This document shows, piece after piece, positions 1-9,870 of a stretch of DNA of 64,000 bases (its first letter is position 1; every line of letters begins with the position of its first letter). The notes beneath the pieces were generated by a model. That model did not search any database. It had not been told where the DNA came from and saw only the letters and a program-made list of their open reading frames with translations. Origin of the DNA: Candidatus Yonathbacteria bacterium RIFCSPLOWO2_01_FULL_47_33b (lineage in GTDB: Bacteria; Patescibacteriota; Minisyncoccia; Phycocordibacterales; UBA1550); assembly GCA_001823575.1 (NCBI GenBank), contig MHUW01000001.1:12909-76908 (forward strand), in the 5' to 3' direction. The translations under genes and the position numbers were made by a program.

Positions 1-897
1 AAAGAAGCACTTATGAAAAATATTGCACACATGATTCCTGAGCCTGAGGCATCTCTTGCGGGAGGAATTCTCCTCGGTGCAAAGCAGTCGCTTGGTGATG
101 AGTTGCTGCAAAAATTTCGTGAAACAGGAGTCGCGCATATTGTCGTGCTCTCGGGGTATAACATTGCGGTTGTGGCGGGGGTGGTCTCTCGTATGGTGAT
201 GTTTTTGCCGCTCACTCTTCGGCTCACAATGAGCGCTCTCGGTATTGCTTTGTTTGCGGTTATGGTCGGGGGAGGTGCGACAGTTGTGCGCGCAACGATA
301 ATGGCACTCGTGGTGATTCTTGCTCGTGTTCTCGGTCGAGAGAATGACGCGCTCCGCGTCCTGGTGTTTGCCGGTGGGTTAATGGTTCTTGTGAACCCCA
401 TGATACTTTTGCACGATGTTTCATTTCAGCTTTCTTTTACGGCTACACTGGCGATTGTTGTGCTCGTGCCCACTATTGAAAAACATTTTTCTTGGATCTC
501 GTCACGAGTACTTCGCGAGATTGTGGTGACCACTACCGCAACACAAGTTTTTGTGCTCCCGCTCATTCTCTACCATATGGGAAGCGTGTCACTGGTCGGA
601 TTTATTTCAAATATCTTCATTCTTCCTGTGGTACCCATTGCCATGCTTGCCGTCTCTCTCGTCGCCGCACTTGCGTGGGTGCCACTCTTGGGGAGTGCCT
701 GTGCCTTTGTTGCATATGCGGTGCTCGCATATGTTGTCATCGCGGTCGAGTTTTTTGCTCGCGCACCCTACGCGTCGCTTTCAGAAATTTCGTTCCCTCT
801 TTGGATGCTCGCCACCGCATACTTTTTGCTTGGATATTTTATTACAAAAAAATTCCCTCGGTCAGAGGGAACAAAAAATACTGACTATGAATTTTAA
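1..897 (+). CDS. comEC: ComEC/Rec2 competence protein, membrane (Competence) domain; 5' truncated by window edge
   Basis: Motifs GILLG, G-AHIVVLSGYN, RATIMA, NP..L.DVSFQLSF.A; many TM segments. Confidence 0.9.
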   Translation, partial: KEALMKNIAHMIPEPEASLAGGILLGAKQSLGDELLQKFRETGVAHIVVLSGYNIAVVAGVVSRMVMFLPLTLRLTMSALGIALFAVMVGGGATVVRATIMALVVILARVLGRENDALRVLVFAGGLMVLVNPMILLHDVSFQLSFTATLAIVVLVPTIEKHFSWISSRVLREIVVTTTATQVFVLPLILYHMGSVSLVGFISNIFILPVVPIAMLAVSLVAALAWVPLLGSACAFVAYAVLAYVVIAVEFFARAPYASLSEISFPLWMLATAYFLLGYFITKKFPRSEGTKNTDYEF

Positions 898-922
898 AGA
901 AACCACACTTCCTTGTTTTTTT

Positions 923-980
923 ATTTCGTTAAAATCTCCAATTTGGTACTATAGTACCAAATTGGAGATTTTAACGAAAT
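923..980. repeat. 58-bp perfect palindrome centred on TACTATAGTA
   Basis: ATTTCGTTAAAATCTCCAATTTGGTACTA|TAGTACCAAATTGGAGATTTTAACGAAAT, no loop. Confidence 0.95.
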
Positions 981-1003
981 CCTTTGATTTTATAATTTGC
1001 ATA

Positions 1004-1594
1004 TTATTTTTCAATTTCACGCGTAATTTCGTCGCTCTCGAGATAGCGGTAAAAAAGAAAGAGGACAATGGCAGCGATAGCAACGAGGATGAGTGCATAT
1101 TTACCAAACATGTCGGAGGACTTGCCAAAAAAGTATCCAATAGAGATGAAGCCGAGTGACCAGATGAATGATGCGACGAACATGAGTGTCGCGAACACAC
1201 CGCGATGCATTTTACCAAGACCGGCAGGAATAGGAACGAACACTTTGATGGCAGGAAGAAGTTTGCCGACAAAAATGAACCACGCACCTTTTTTGTGGAA
1301 TGCCGCTTCAACCTTGGCGAGCTCTCGCACCGGAAAAAGTTTCATGCGAGAGACAAACGCACGACCGTGTTTACGGACGAGTTCGTAGAGAATAATATTC
1401 CCAATCGTGTTGCCGAATGCACCGACGATGGCGACAGGGAGAAGTATTAGGTTGCCTTGTGCGATGAAGTATCCTGCGATGATGTAGAGTACCTGACTCG
1501 AAGGGAATGACACGGAACCGTTTGCAATCATTAAGAGAAAGATGGCGAGGTAACTGCCGCTCTCTATGAGGAGCTCGATGTTTATGTCAGGCAT
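1004..1594 (-). CDS. dedA: DedA/SNARE-associated family membrane protein
   Basis: FPSS.V....AG, G..GN.I.Y, GKLLP.IK.F.PIPAG, F...S.IW pattern. Confidence 0.88.
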   Translation of the reverse strand: MPDINIELLIESGSYLAIFLLMIANGSVSFPSSQVLYIIAGYFIAQGNLILLPVAIVGAFGNTIGNIILYELVRKHGRAFVSRMKLFPVRELAKVEAAFHKKGAWFIFVGKLLPAIKVFVPIPAGLGKMHRGVFATLMFVASFIWSLGFISIGYFFGKSSDMFGKYALILVAIAAIVLFLFYRYLESDEITREIEK

Positions 1595-1631
1595 GCTGTC
1601 ATAATAGCATGATGGAGTTTTTTTCTCGCTT

Positions 1632-1689
1632 TTTCCCTAACTATCATCTATTCGTAGTCATGACTACGAATAGATGATAGTTAGGGAAA
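1632..1689. repeat. 58-bp perfect palindrome, GTAGTCATGACTAC family copy 1
   Basis: TTTCCCTAACTATCATCTATTCGTAGTCA|TGACTACGAATAGATGATAGTTAGGGAAA. Confidence 0.95.
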
Positions 1690-1725
1690 TCTCGATAATT
1701 GCGTAAGGGATGGTACCATAGGGGT

Positions 1726-2619
1726 ATGTTAAATAGTTTCTATACCCAAGACACTAACCAGGCGCTTCGAAAGCTCAGGGTTCAGTATGGAGTGTTGGGA
1801 ATTTTTCTTGTTGCGAACATTTTTATTTGGACGGCAGTCGTGCGCGCAGACAGAGCAGGAGTGCTTACGGTTGCGTTCCTTGATATCGGACAGGGTGATG
1901 CTATTTACATTGAAGCACCAAACGGCAATCAAATGCTTATTGATGGCGGACCATCGTCGGGGGTTGTGCTCCGGGCCCTTGGGAAGGTGATGCCGTTTTA
2001 TGATCGCTCCATTGACCTCGTCATTGCGACGCATCCTGACCAGGATCATGTGGGTGGGTTGCCTGCCGTGCTTGGTCGTATGAATGTCGCTAATATTGTG
2101 ACAACGGAAAATATTTCTGATACAGGCGCGTACGCCGCATTTGAAGAGGCAATACTTTCAGAACACGCACGACGTATTCGTGCGCGCACGGGGGAGCGCA
2201 TTATTCTTGATAAAGGTGTCGTCCTTGAGATTTTGTTTCCCGACCGTAATACGCGGGGCTGGGAGACCAATACAGGGTCCATTGTCGCGCGACTATCGTA
2301 TGGCGATACATCATTTTTATTGACGGGCGACTCACCGCTGGCAATAGAGAAGTATTTGGTAGGTAAAAAGGGCGGAGCGCTTCATGCTACCGTCCTCAAA
2401 CTTGGCCATCACGGCTCGCGCACCTCAAGTTCTCGAGAGTTTCTGTCGGCGGTCAACCCAGAATACGCCATTATTTCTGCAGGACTGAATAATAAGTATG
2501 GGCACCCCCATAAAGAGGTCACGGACCTGCTCGACGAACTGAAAATCCCCGAACTCTCAACCATTGACCATGGAACGATTGTTTTCAAAACCGATGGTGA
2601 GGATATGCGCGTGGAGTAA
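1726..2619 (+). CDS. ComEC-type metallo-beta-lactamase domain protein (separate C-terminal half of ComEC)
   Basis: FLDIGQGDA, LIDGG, THPDQDHVGG, LLTGD, LKLGHHGS, N.YGHP; N-terminal TM. ATG at 1726 preferred over 1699. Confidence 0.9.
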   Translation: MLNSFYTQDTNQALRKLRVQYGVLGIFLVANIFIWTAVVRADRAGVLTVAFLDIGQGDAIYIEAPNGNQMLIDGGPSSGVVLRALGKVMPFYDRSIDLVIATHPDQDHVGGLPAVLGRMNVANIVTTENISDTGAYAAFEEAILSEHARRIRARTGERIILDKGVVLEILFPDRNTRGWETNTGSIVARLSYGDTSFLLTGDSPLAIEKYLVGKKGGALHATVLKLGHHGSRTSSSREFLSAVNPEYAIISAGLNNKYGHPHKEVTDLLDELKIPELSTIDHGTIVFKTDGEDMRVE

Positions 2620-2652
2620 CACCACTTGGGAGTTCGACTCCCAAGTGGTGTT
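2618..2652. repeat. 16-bp-stem hairpin (REP-like or terminator)
   Basis: AACACCACTTGGGAGT-TCG-ACTCCCAAGTGGTGTT. Confidence 0.75.
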
Positions 2653-2687
2653 GATTTAGTTGTACACAGTTATTTTCAATAATTTGC

Positions 2688-2717
2688 TTGCCAAGGGTAC
2701 AGGGGGGGGGCTATACT
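2688..2717 (+). promoter_or_regulatory. sigma70 promoter with G9 tract in the spacer
   Basis: TTGCCA-18 bp (incl. G9 at 2702-2710)-TATACT, 7 nt before ATG 2725. Confidence 0.6.
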
Positions 2718-2724
2718 AAAGGGT

Positions 2725-3414
2725 ATGAATAAACACATTTTCCAATCCGCCAAGGTCATCTTACTCGCCCTAGTACTCTCCATCGGTATCTCCTACGTCT
2801 CCGCCTGGACGGCACCTACCGTCACCCCACCCAATGGTAATGTAGCCGCACCCCTTAATGTAAGCAACACCGCACAAACCAAAGCAGGCAACATAACCGC
2901 AAACTACCTCATTGCTTCAAGTGAATCCAATGCACCAGTATTTAAGGATTCAAACGATTCGTCATATTTTCTGAACCCCAACGGGGACTCAATCCTTAGC
3001 AGTATTTATGCAACCAAAATCTGTTTTGGTGCTGACTGCAAGACGGCATGGCCTTCAGGAGGCGCTACCTATTCTGCAGGGAACGGCCTCTCTCTTACCG
3101 GTACCACCTTTTCAACTAACACCACCCAAACACAAGCTCGTGTTTCGGGGAATTGTGCCGTAGGCTCAAGCATTAGAGTTATCAATATGGACGGGACGGT
3201 ATCGTGTGAGGCGGATGATGTGGGGGCAGGGGGAATGATGGTTTTTGCTGGGGACGGTTGCACTACGTGCCCTTACGGAGAATTCGAGGTGCCGGGTGGT
3301 TCAGCTTGTAAAGTAAAAGAATTTTCAGGAACCATTAGAGGAATATTGGTAGCGGGTACGGCTTGCCGACTGGATGGACCTGGTTCGATACCGTATGTGT
3401 TCTGGAGTTATTAA
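2725..3414 (+). CDS. Secreted/surface protein with signal peptide, tail-fibre/adhesin-like, Cys-containing C-terminus
   Basis: Signal peptide then AWTAPT.TPP.GN.AAP.N; YSAGNGLSLTGTTFS and C..GSSIR.IN.DGTVSCE.D segments. Confidence 0.7.
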   Translation: MNKHIFQSAKVILLALVLSIGISYVSAWTAPTVTPPNGNVAAPLNVSNTAQTKAGNITANYLIASSESNAPVFKDSNDSSYFLNPNGDSILSSIYATKICFGADCKTAWPSGGATYSAGNGLSLTGTTFSTNTTQTQARVSGNCAVGSSIRVINMDGTVSCEADDVGAGGMMVFAGDGCTTCPYGEFEVPGGSACKVKEFSGTIRGILVAGTACRLDGPGSIPYVFWSY

Positions 3415-3502
3415 TAAGGTTAAGGTTAAAAGAGCCATTAAAAGGGTCAGGAGCCTTTGTTTGTGGATATGGGGTTTAAACGTTGGACAAGTAAGTGAAT
3501 TG

Positions 3503-3530
3503 AAAAACCCCGCCAATTGGCGGGGTTTTT
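3503..3530. terminator. Bidirectional intrinsic terminator
   Basis: AAAAACCCCGCCAATTGGCGGGGTTTTT between convergent genes. Confidence 0.85.
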
Positions 3531-3541
3531 GATGGGGAGTT

Positions 3542-3748
3542 TTACACAAACCTAATCTCGGTGTGCTTGCCGGCCTTCATGCACTTGGTGCAGATCTTGA
3601 TGCGTGAGCCATCAGCAAGAGGCGCCCACTGAAGATTGGGGTATTTGCGGAGCATTCCCGTAGGGTTGTATTTGGTAGCACGGACGCGGTTCGAGTAGCG
3701 ACCGGTGATGATGGTTCCTTTATTGCAGGTTGGACAGACTTTTGCCAT
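3542..3748 (-). CDS. rpmB: 50S ribosomal protein L28
   Basis: MAKVCPTC.K, PNLQ, KICTKCMK. Confidence 0.88.
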   Translation of the reverse strand: MAKVCPTCNKGTIITGRYSNRVRATKYNPTGMLRKYPNLQWAPLADGSRIKICTKCMKAGKHTEIRFV

Positions 3749-3796
3749 ATATGTATTTCTTAACTAGTCGGCTTATGCTATCATATATTCTACATT

Positions 3797-4423
3797 ATGC
3801 AAGTCGAAACACTTTTTTTCCTCGTTATCCTCATTTTTTCGGTCATTATTCACGAAATAGCTCATGGTTATGTAGCTGAAATGCTTGGAGACCCCACCGC
3901 GCGCCTCGCGGGACGCCTCACCCTCAATCCTGTTCGTCATATCGATCCCCTTGGTTCAATTATTGTCCCCGCACTGATGCTTATTGGTTCGGGAGGCTCT
4001 TTTGCCTTTGGTTGGGCAAAGCCCGTGCCTTATAACCCTTACAATTTAAGGAACCAAAAGTGTGGAACGGTGCTTGTAGGAGCGGCTGGCGCGCTTGCCA
4101 ATCTCCTCATCGCCCTCATTTTTGGCCTCATGATTCGCTATCATGCAGAACTCGGTATTATTCCAGGAACTCCATTTTTTGAGATTATTGGTACCATTAC
4201 CTTCCTCAATATCGTTTTGGCGGTCTTTAATATGATTCCTTTTCCTCCTCTCGACGGCGCAAAGGTGCTCTTTTCAGTCTTGCCATACCGTTTTCAGCAA
4301 GTCCATGACTATTTAGAGCAAAACTGGCTCCTTTTTATCGTTTTTGTGTTCTTTTTTGCACAGTACATCATTCAGCCAATCTCAAGCTTCCTTCTGATGG
4401 TCATTACGGGGTTCAGTATTTAG
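3797..4423 (+). CDS. Site-2 protease, peptidase M50
   Basis: HEIAHG, GDPTA..AGRLTLNP, FNMIPFPPLDG. Confidence 0.92.
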   Translation: MQVETLFFLVILIFSVIIHEIAHGYVAEMLGDPTARLAGRLTLNPVRHIDPLGSIIVPALMLIGSGGSFAFGWAKPVPYNPYNLRNQKCGTVLVGAAGALANLLIALIFGLMIRYHAELGIIPGTPFFEIIGTITFLNIVLAVFNMIPFPPLDGAKVLFSVLPYRFQQVHDYLEQNWLLFIVFVFFFAQYIIQPISSFLLMVITGFSI

Positions 4424-4605
4424 TTTCAAAAGAAACAGGAATAAGAAGGACTTGCAATTTTTTGCGCTCCATAGTAGAGTAGTCATCACATATGCCGTCT
4501 TCGAAGGTGGCTAAATAATTTATTAGCGACGTAGAGTGAGAGAAATGGAAAGTACTCTTTTCATTTCCGAGCCGAGGAGCTAATATTGTACCAAATTTAT
4601 ATCAT

Positions 4606-5040
4606 ATGCCAACAGTAAGCCAATTAACCAAGCGTCCCCGCAAGACTCCTGTAAAGAAGTCTCGTTCTCAGGCGCTCCTCAAGAGCTTTAATAGTGTTTT
4701 GAACAAGCCGGTGTACCACAATTCACCATTCAAGCGTGGCGTTTGTACAAAAGTAACAACTACTACTCCAAAGAAGCCTAACTCGGCTCTTCGCAAGATC
4801 GCCCGCGTTCGCCTTACGAACGGTATGGAAGTCACCGCCTACATTCCAGGAGAGGGCCACAAACTCCAGGAACACTCAGTGGTTATGATTCGTGGAGGTC
4901 GCGTAAAGGACCTCGGCGGTGTACGTTATCACATTGTACGCGGTCGTCTTGATGCTACTCCCGTTGAGAAGCGTCGCAAGGGTCGCAGTCAGTACGGTGC
5001 AAAACGCCCTAAGGCAGGTGCTCCAGCAGCAAAGAAATAA
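4606..5040 (+). CDS. rpsL: 30S ribosomal protein S12
   Basis: [23 protein letters not shown]. Confidence 0.98.
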   Translation: MPTVSQLTKRPRKTPVKKSRSQALLKSFNSVLNKPVYHNSPFKRGVCTKVTTTTPKKPNSALRKIARVRLTNGMEVTAYIPGEGHKLQEHSVVMIRGGRVKDLGGVRYHIVRGRLDATPVEKRRKGRSQYGAKRPKAGAPAAKK

Positions 5041-5050
5041 TATCTAATAT

Positions 5051-5521
5051 ATGCGCAGAAAAGTAACTAATCGTAATATTCCTAACGCCGACATTATGTA
5101 CGGCTCGGTTAAAATTGAGAAGCTCATCAACTATGTGATGGAGGCTGGCAAGAAAAACACCGCACGCAGTATCGTGTACGGTGCCCTTGATATCATCAAG
5201 GAAAAGAACAAGGAGATTGAACCTCTTGAGGTTTTTGAACTTGCGGTAAAGAACGCTGGCCCCCTTATGGAGATCCGTTCACGCCGCGTTGGTGGTGCAA
5301 ACTACCAGGTTCCTCGCGAGGTTCGTCCAGAGCGCCGCTTTGCCCTCGCTATGCGTTGGATTATCAACGCTGCACAGGCAAAGAAAGGCCGCCCAATGCG
5401 TGAGAAACTTGCAGATGAACTTCTCGCTGCTTCAAAGAACGAAGGTGAGGCAGTAAAGAAGAAGGAGAATACGCACAAGATGGCAGAGGCTAACAAGGCT
5501 TTCGCTCACTTCGCTTGGTAA
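5051..5521 (+). CDS. rpsG: 30S ribosomal protein S7
   Basis: [24 protein letters not shown]. Confidence 0.98.
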   Translation: MRRKVTNRNIPNADIMYGSVKIEKLINYVMEAGKKNTARSIVYGALDIIKEKNKEIEPLEVFELAVKNAGPLMEIRSRRVGGANYQVPREVRPERRFALAMRWIINAAQAKKGRPMREKLADELLAASKNEGEAVKKKENTHKMAEANKAFAHFAW

Positions 5522-5648
5522 AAAATACGTAATTTGAGCGCAGCGCTTCGTTGCCTGCGGGTATGAACCCACCCGCAGTACTTCATGTACAGCTCGTGGG
5601 TATCATACCCTTGTCGCCTCGCGCTGCATCTCAAATAACGTATTTTTT
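5521..5648. repeat. ~130-nt imperfect hairpin (MITE-like) between rpsG and fusA
   Basis: AAAAATACG..ATTTGAG.GCAGCGC pairs with GCGCTGC.TCTCAAAT..CGTATTTTT; inner GGGTATGA/TCATACCC. Confidence 0.6.
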
Positions 5649-5768
5649 GTAGGATTGAAATTTTTGTGAGGATTGGCGCCTTGTCTTCCACTCAAAATTT
5701 CGCGTCCTTGGGTTGGTTTTGGTTCCCGACTTTTAACTTTAGACTTTTAACTTTTAGACTTAATTATT

Positions 5769-7913
5769 ATGGACAGAGATTACCCGTTGGAGAAAGTGCG
5801 CAATTTTGGAATCATCGCTCACATCGATGCAGGCAAGACGACAACGTCTGAGCGTATTTTGTTTTACACGGGTATGACCCACAAGATCGGTGAGGTTCAC
5901 GAAGGTGAGACCACGACCGACTGGATGGAGCAGGAGCGTGAGCGCGGTATTACGATTACTGCCGCAGCTATTACGTGTTTCTGGAACAAGACGGACATGC
6001 CTAAGGCTCAAGAGAACCTTTCGCGTTTTAATATTATTGATACCCCGGGCCACATCGACTTTACCGTAGAAGTAAAGCGTTCACTCCGTGTACTCGACGG
6101 CGCGGTAGTCGTGTTCGACGGTGTTGCTGGCGTAGAGCCACAGTCAGAGACCAACTGGCGTTATGCCGACGAGGCGAGTGTTCCACGTATTTGTTTCATC
6201 AACAAGCTTGATCGTACCGGCGCTTCTTTTGACCGTTCATACGCATCAATTCTTGATCGTTTGAATACCAAGGCAGTTCGTATGCAGATTCCTATGGGAC
6301 TTGAAGATGAATTTGCCGGCGTGGTAGACCTCCTCAAAATGAAAGCCTACAAATTTGAGGGCGAGATGGGAATCAATGTTGTCGAGATGGAAATCCCTGA
6401 AAAATTTCAGGCAGAAGCAAAGAAGTTCCGCGGTGAACTCATCGAGCGTATCGTTGAGAATGACGAAGTTTTGATGACTGACTACCTTGAAGGGAAAGAG
6501 ATCCCTATGGATGTTTTGAAAGCAACACTCCGCAAAGCAGTAATCAACAACGAAATCTTCCCCGTATACGCAGGCTCAGCTTTGAAGAACAAAGGAGTAC
6601 AACTCGTTCTTGACGCGGTGGTTGACTACCTCCCTTCGCCACTCGACATTCCTGCGGTACACGGTATTGATCCTCGCACGGGCGAGACCATCGACCGCCA
6701 CCCATCTGACAAAGAGCCGTTTGCAGCACTTGCGTTCAAGCTCCAAGCAGATCCATTCGTGGGACAGCTTACGTTCTTCCGTGTGTACTCAGGTACCGTA
6801 GAAGCAGGCTCATATATTTACAATGCAACGACCGGAGACAAGGAGCGTGTAGGCCGTATGGTGCGCCTTCAGGCAGATGCTCGCGAGGAAGTAAAGAAAG
6901 TGTACGCTGGTGAGATTGCCGCAATGGTTGGTCTCAAAAACACGAGAACTTCACACACACTTTGTGACGAAGCAAATCCTATTATTCTCGAGGAAATCAA
7001 ATTCCCTGAGCCAGTTATCTCTCTCCGTATCGAGCCAAAAACAAAAGCGGACCAGGAGAAGATGGGTATGGCGCTCAAGAAACTCGCGGACGAAGATCCA
7101 ACCTTCCGTATTTCAACCGACGAAGAGACGATGGAAACTATCATCTCGGGTATGGGTGAGCTTCATCTCGAAATTCTTGTTGACCGTATGAAGCGTGAGT
7201 TCAACGTGGAAGCAAACGTGGGCAAGCCACAGGTTGCTTACAAGGAGACCATCACGAAAGAGGCTGAAGGGGAATGTAAGTACATCAAGCAGACGGGTGG
7301 ACGCGGTCAGTACGGTCATGTCAAGATTCGCATCAAGCCAATCGACAAGACCATCAAGATTGAGGACCTTCCAAAGAACGTCAAGCGTCGCGACGACCAC
7401 TTCGAGTTCGTCAACGCCATCAAGGGTGGTGTCATTCCTCAAGAGTTTATTCCGCCAGTAGAAAAGGGTATTATCGAGGCGATGGACCGCGGTGTACAGG
7501 CTGGTTACAAAGTGGTAGATATTTCAGCCGAGTTGTACGATGGTTCGTTCCATGATGTTGACTCGTCAGAAATCGCCTTCAAGATTGCTGCCTCACAGGC
7601 ATTCCAGGAAGCAGTTCGCCGTGCCGGCCCGGTTATCCTCGAGCCTATTATGAAGGTTGAGATTGTTATGCCCGAGCAGTTCATGGGTGACGTTGCCGGT
7701 AACCTCTCGTCAAAGCGTGCACAGATTGAAGGCATGGGCGAGCGCGGTATGATGAAAGTGTTGACCGCACAGGTTCCTCTTTCAGAAATGTTCGGCTATA
7801 CGACATCTCTCCGCTCAATGACCGAAGGACGTGCGTCATCAACGATGGAGTTTGATCACTACGATATTGTCCCTGCAAACGTTGCACAGACGATTATTGA
7901 CGCAAGGAAGTAA
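5769..7913 (+). CDS. fusA: Elongation factor G
   Basis: [27 protein letters not shown]. Confidence 0.99.
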   Translation: MDRDYPLEKVRNFGIIAHIDAGKTTTSERILFYTGMTHKIGEVHEGETTTDWMEQERERGITITAAAITCFWNKTDMPKAQENLSRFNIIDTPGHIDFTVEVKRSLRVLDGAVVVFDGVAGVEPQSETNWRYADEASVPRICFINKLDRTGASFDRSYASILDRLNTKAVRMQIPMGLEDEFAGVVDLLKMKAYKFEGEMGINVVEMEIPEKFQAEAKKFRGELIERIVENDEVLMTDYLEGKEIPMDVLKATLRKAVINNEIFPVYAGSALKNKGVQLVLDAVVDYLPSPLDIPAVHGIDPRTGETIDRHPSDKEPFAALAFKLQADPFVGQLTFFRVYSGTVEAGSYIYNATTGDKERVGRMVRLQADAREEVKKVYAGEIAAMVGLKNTRTSHTLCDEANPIILEEIKFPEPVISLRIEPKTKADQEKMGMALKKLADEDPTFRISTDEETMETIISGMGELHLEILVDRMKREFNVEANVGKPQVAYKETITKEAEGECKYIKQTGGRGQYGHVKIRIKPIDKTIKIEDLPKNVKRRDDHFEFVNAIKGGVIPQEFIPPVEKGIIEAMDRGVQAGYKVVDISAELYDGSFHDVDSSEIAFKIAASQAFQEAVRRAGPVILEPIMKVEIVMPEQFMGDVAGNLSSKRAQIEGMGERGMMKVLTAQVPLSEMFGYTTSLRSMTEGRASSTMEFDHYDIVPANVAQTIIDARK

Positions 7914-8101
7914 AGTCCACTCGCCGCTCCCTTTCCTGGTGCACGCATAATTTTTGCTAAAAATTTGCTCTGCTCGCGCCAGTCGCACTTGCGCAAGGCA
8001 CCAGAAAATGAAACGTCTCGCTCTGAAAGGAATACAAAAATCCTCCGCCGTACGGCGGATTTTTGATTTGACATTGTATGTACGGTGTATATACTTACCT
8101 C

Positions 8102-8353
8102 ATGACTACACTCAATGTACGTATTGATGAGAAAGTTAAAGAAAGAGCGATGGCGATACTCGCTGAACGCGGACTCAATCTCTCCACAGGCATCAATGTG
8201 TTCTTGCGCCAGGTAATCGAGGAAAAAGGTCTGCCTTTTATACCTGGAGATAGTGCTTTTTTGAGAAAAAAGTATGACCGAGAGGTTGTTTTTGCAAAAA
8301 AGGGCAAGACCTACAAAAACGCAAAAAGTCTAATGGCTGCAGCTCTTAAATAA
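8102..8353 (+). CDS. RelB/DinJ family antitoxin
   Basis: LNVRIDEKVK..A..IL...GL..ST.IN.FL.QVI...GLPF; promoter TTGACA(8068)-16-TATACT(8090). Confidence 0.85.
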   Translation: MTTLNVRIDEKVKERAMAILAERGLNLSTGINVFLRQVIEEKGLPFIPGDSAFLRKKYDREVVFAKKGKTYKNAKSLMAAALK

Positions 8354-8360
8354 GTTCAAT

Positions 8361-8648
8361 ATGTACGAGCTCGCTTTTGCTAAATCCTTCAGGACGTCAA
8401 TCAAGAGGTTGTCACAATCAAAAGACAGTAGGATAATAAGTGCCAGACTCGAGGTTGTTGTCGAGAGCATTAGGCAGAGAAAAACCATCGACAGAAAGTA
8501 TAAAGATCACGCTCTCCGTGGGGAATATCTTGGATACCGAGAATGCCACATCAAGCCCGATGTTTTGCTTTTGTATGAAGTAGATGAACAAATGCTTTTG
8601 GTGACGTTGGTCAATATTGGCTCACATTCTGAACTGTTTGGTTCATAA
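8361..8648 (+). CDS. YafQ/RelE family mRNA interferase toxin
   Basis: DHAL.GEY.GYRECHIKPD.LL.Y, IGSHSELF. Confidence 0.9.
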   Translation: MYELAFAKSFRTSIKRLSQSKDSRIISARLEVVVESIRQRKTIDRKYKDHALRGEYLGYRECHIKPDVLLLYEVDEQMLLVTLVNIGSHSELFGS

Positions 8649-8682
8649 ATATATTGTAGTATACTCAGTATTATCCAATGTT

Positions 8683-9063
8683 ATGACAAACGAACAGAAA
8701 AGAGTATTTATTGTTGAAGATGATGAACATTTGGCAAAAGTGTACGCGGTGAAGTTTTCTCAAGAAGGAATTGCAACCTCATTTGCAGGGACGGGGGAGG
8801 GTGCCGTTTCGCGCATTGCGGCAGAAAAGCCTGACCTTATCATTCTCGACCTTATGATTCCCCGAAAAGACGGATTTACGGTTCTCGAAGAGATTAAAAA
8901 AGACCCATCTCTGGCAACAATTCCTGTGCTCATACTTTCAAATCTTGGACAGTCCTCTGATAAAAAGCGTGCGCTCGACCTGGGCGCGAGTGATTATATG
9001 GTTAAAATCGAGCATTCGGTGCAAGAGGTGTTTGATAAGGCAAAAAGCTACCTCGGTAAGTAG
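8683..9063 (+). CDS. Single-domain response regulator (REC)
   Basis: IVEDD, PDLIILDLMIP..DG, LSNL, YMVK. Confidence 0.9.
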   Translation: MTNEQKRVFIVEDDEHLAKVYAVKFSQEGIATSFAGTGEGAVSRIAAEKPDLIILDLMIPRKDGFTVLEEIKKDPSLATIPVLILSNLGQSSDKKRALDLGASDYMVKIEHSVQEVFDKAKSYLGK

Positions 9064-9129
9064 TCCACGACAGGCGTGGATTCTGACCATTGTTGACTCA
9101 GGCTTTAGGCAGCTACGCTACAGATTGTT

Positions 9130-9651
9130 TCATTGAAACGGATAGAGACACCAAGGAGTGGCGCTGATATTTCCTAGGCAATTGTAGTTTGAGCTCCCCG
9201 TTCCCTCGTTTACCCACCGCATATTTGCCCTTGTGCAAATGCCATTTAGTCTGGTAAGGCATATATATAGAGGGCCGTAAAATTGTTCACTCAGATAGGT
9301 TACTGGTTTTGCGGTTGGGAATGTTGGTAGATATGTTTCAAGTGCTGTTTTTAGCCCAGAGTTCTCCCAATAAGAGGAGTTTGAAGTGCAAAAACCATCT
9401 GGTGGATAAGATCCGAGACAGTAGGTACTTACCGTGTCTCCTGGGTCAGGGAGTCCACCACTAGGGCTATTGAGTCGATAAAGCTCTATGGCGTTGCGGT
9501 ACTCCCTCGCAACAGAAAGAACTTGTGTATTTGTGGCTTTTTGCCGTGCGGTGTTTACTGCACTCAAGACGACTGACGAGAGTAAACTCACAATAGATAT
9601 AACGACAAGGAGCTCTATCAGAGTGAATCCCGATTGCCGCATTTGCTTCAT
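9130..9651 (-). CDS. Type IV pilin-like protein (prepilin N-methylation motif)
   Basis: GFTLIELLVVISIVSLLSSVVL..V..ARQKA. Confidence 0.9.
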   Translation of the reverse strand: MKQMRQSGFTLIELLVVISIVSLLSSVVLSAVNTARQKATNTQVLSVAREYRNAIELYRLNSPSGGLPDPGDTVSTYCLGSYPPDGFCTSNSSYWENSGLKTALETYLPTFPTAKPVTYLSEQFYGPLYICLTRLNGICTRANMRWVNEGTGSSNYNCLGNISATPWCLYPFQ

Positions 9652-9870
9652 ATTTGAAATTATAGTCTACTAAGAAATAAAGACCAAATTATGGCACCCC
9701 GTCGCGCCCAAGCCCTTGACTATTATTGTCATTCTGGTAAGATATCTCCTGTATCGCACTAATTTGTTTTTGCGGTACTTTTTTATCAGTTTTACTTAAT
9801 TTTCTCTTGTAATTAAAGGTTTGTCGGGATTTCTCGTGTCCAAACCTTTTATTACAAGAACAACAAACAT

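Noticed and set aside
2618-2652. tRNA fragment (GGGAGTTCGACTCCC resembles a T arm)
   Set aside because: No D arm, anticodon arm or acceptor stem nearby; it is a simple hairpin.
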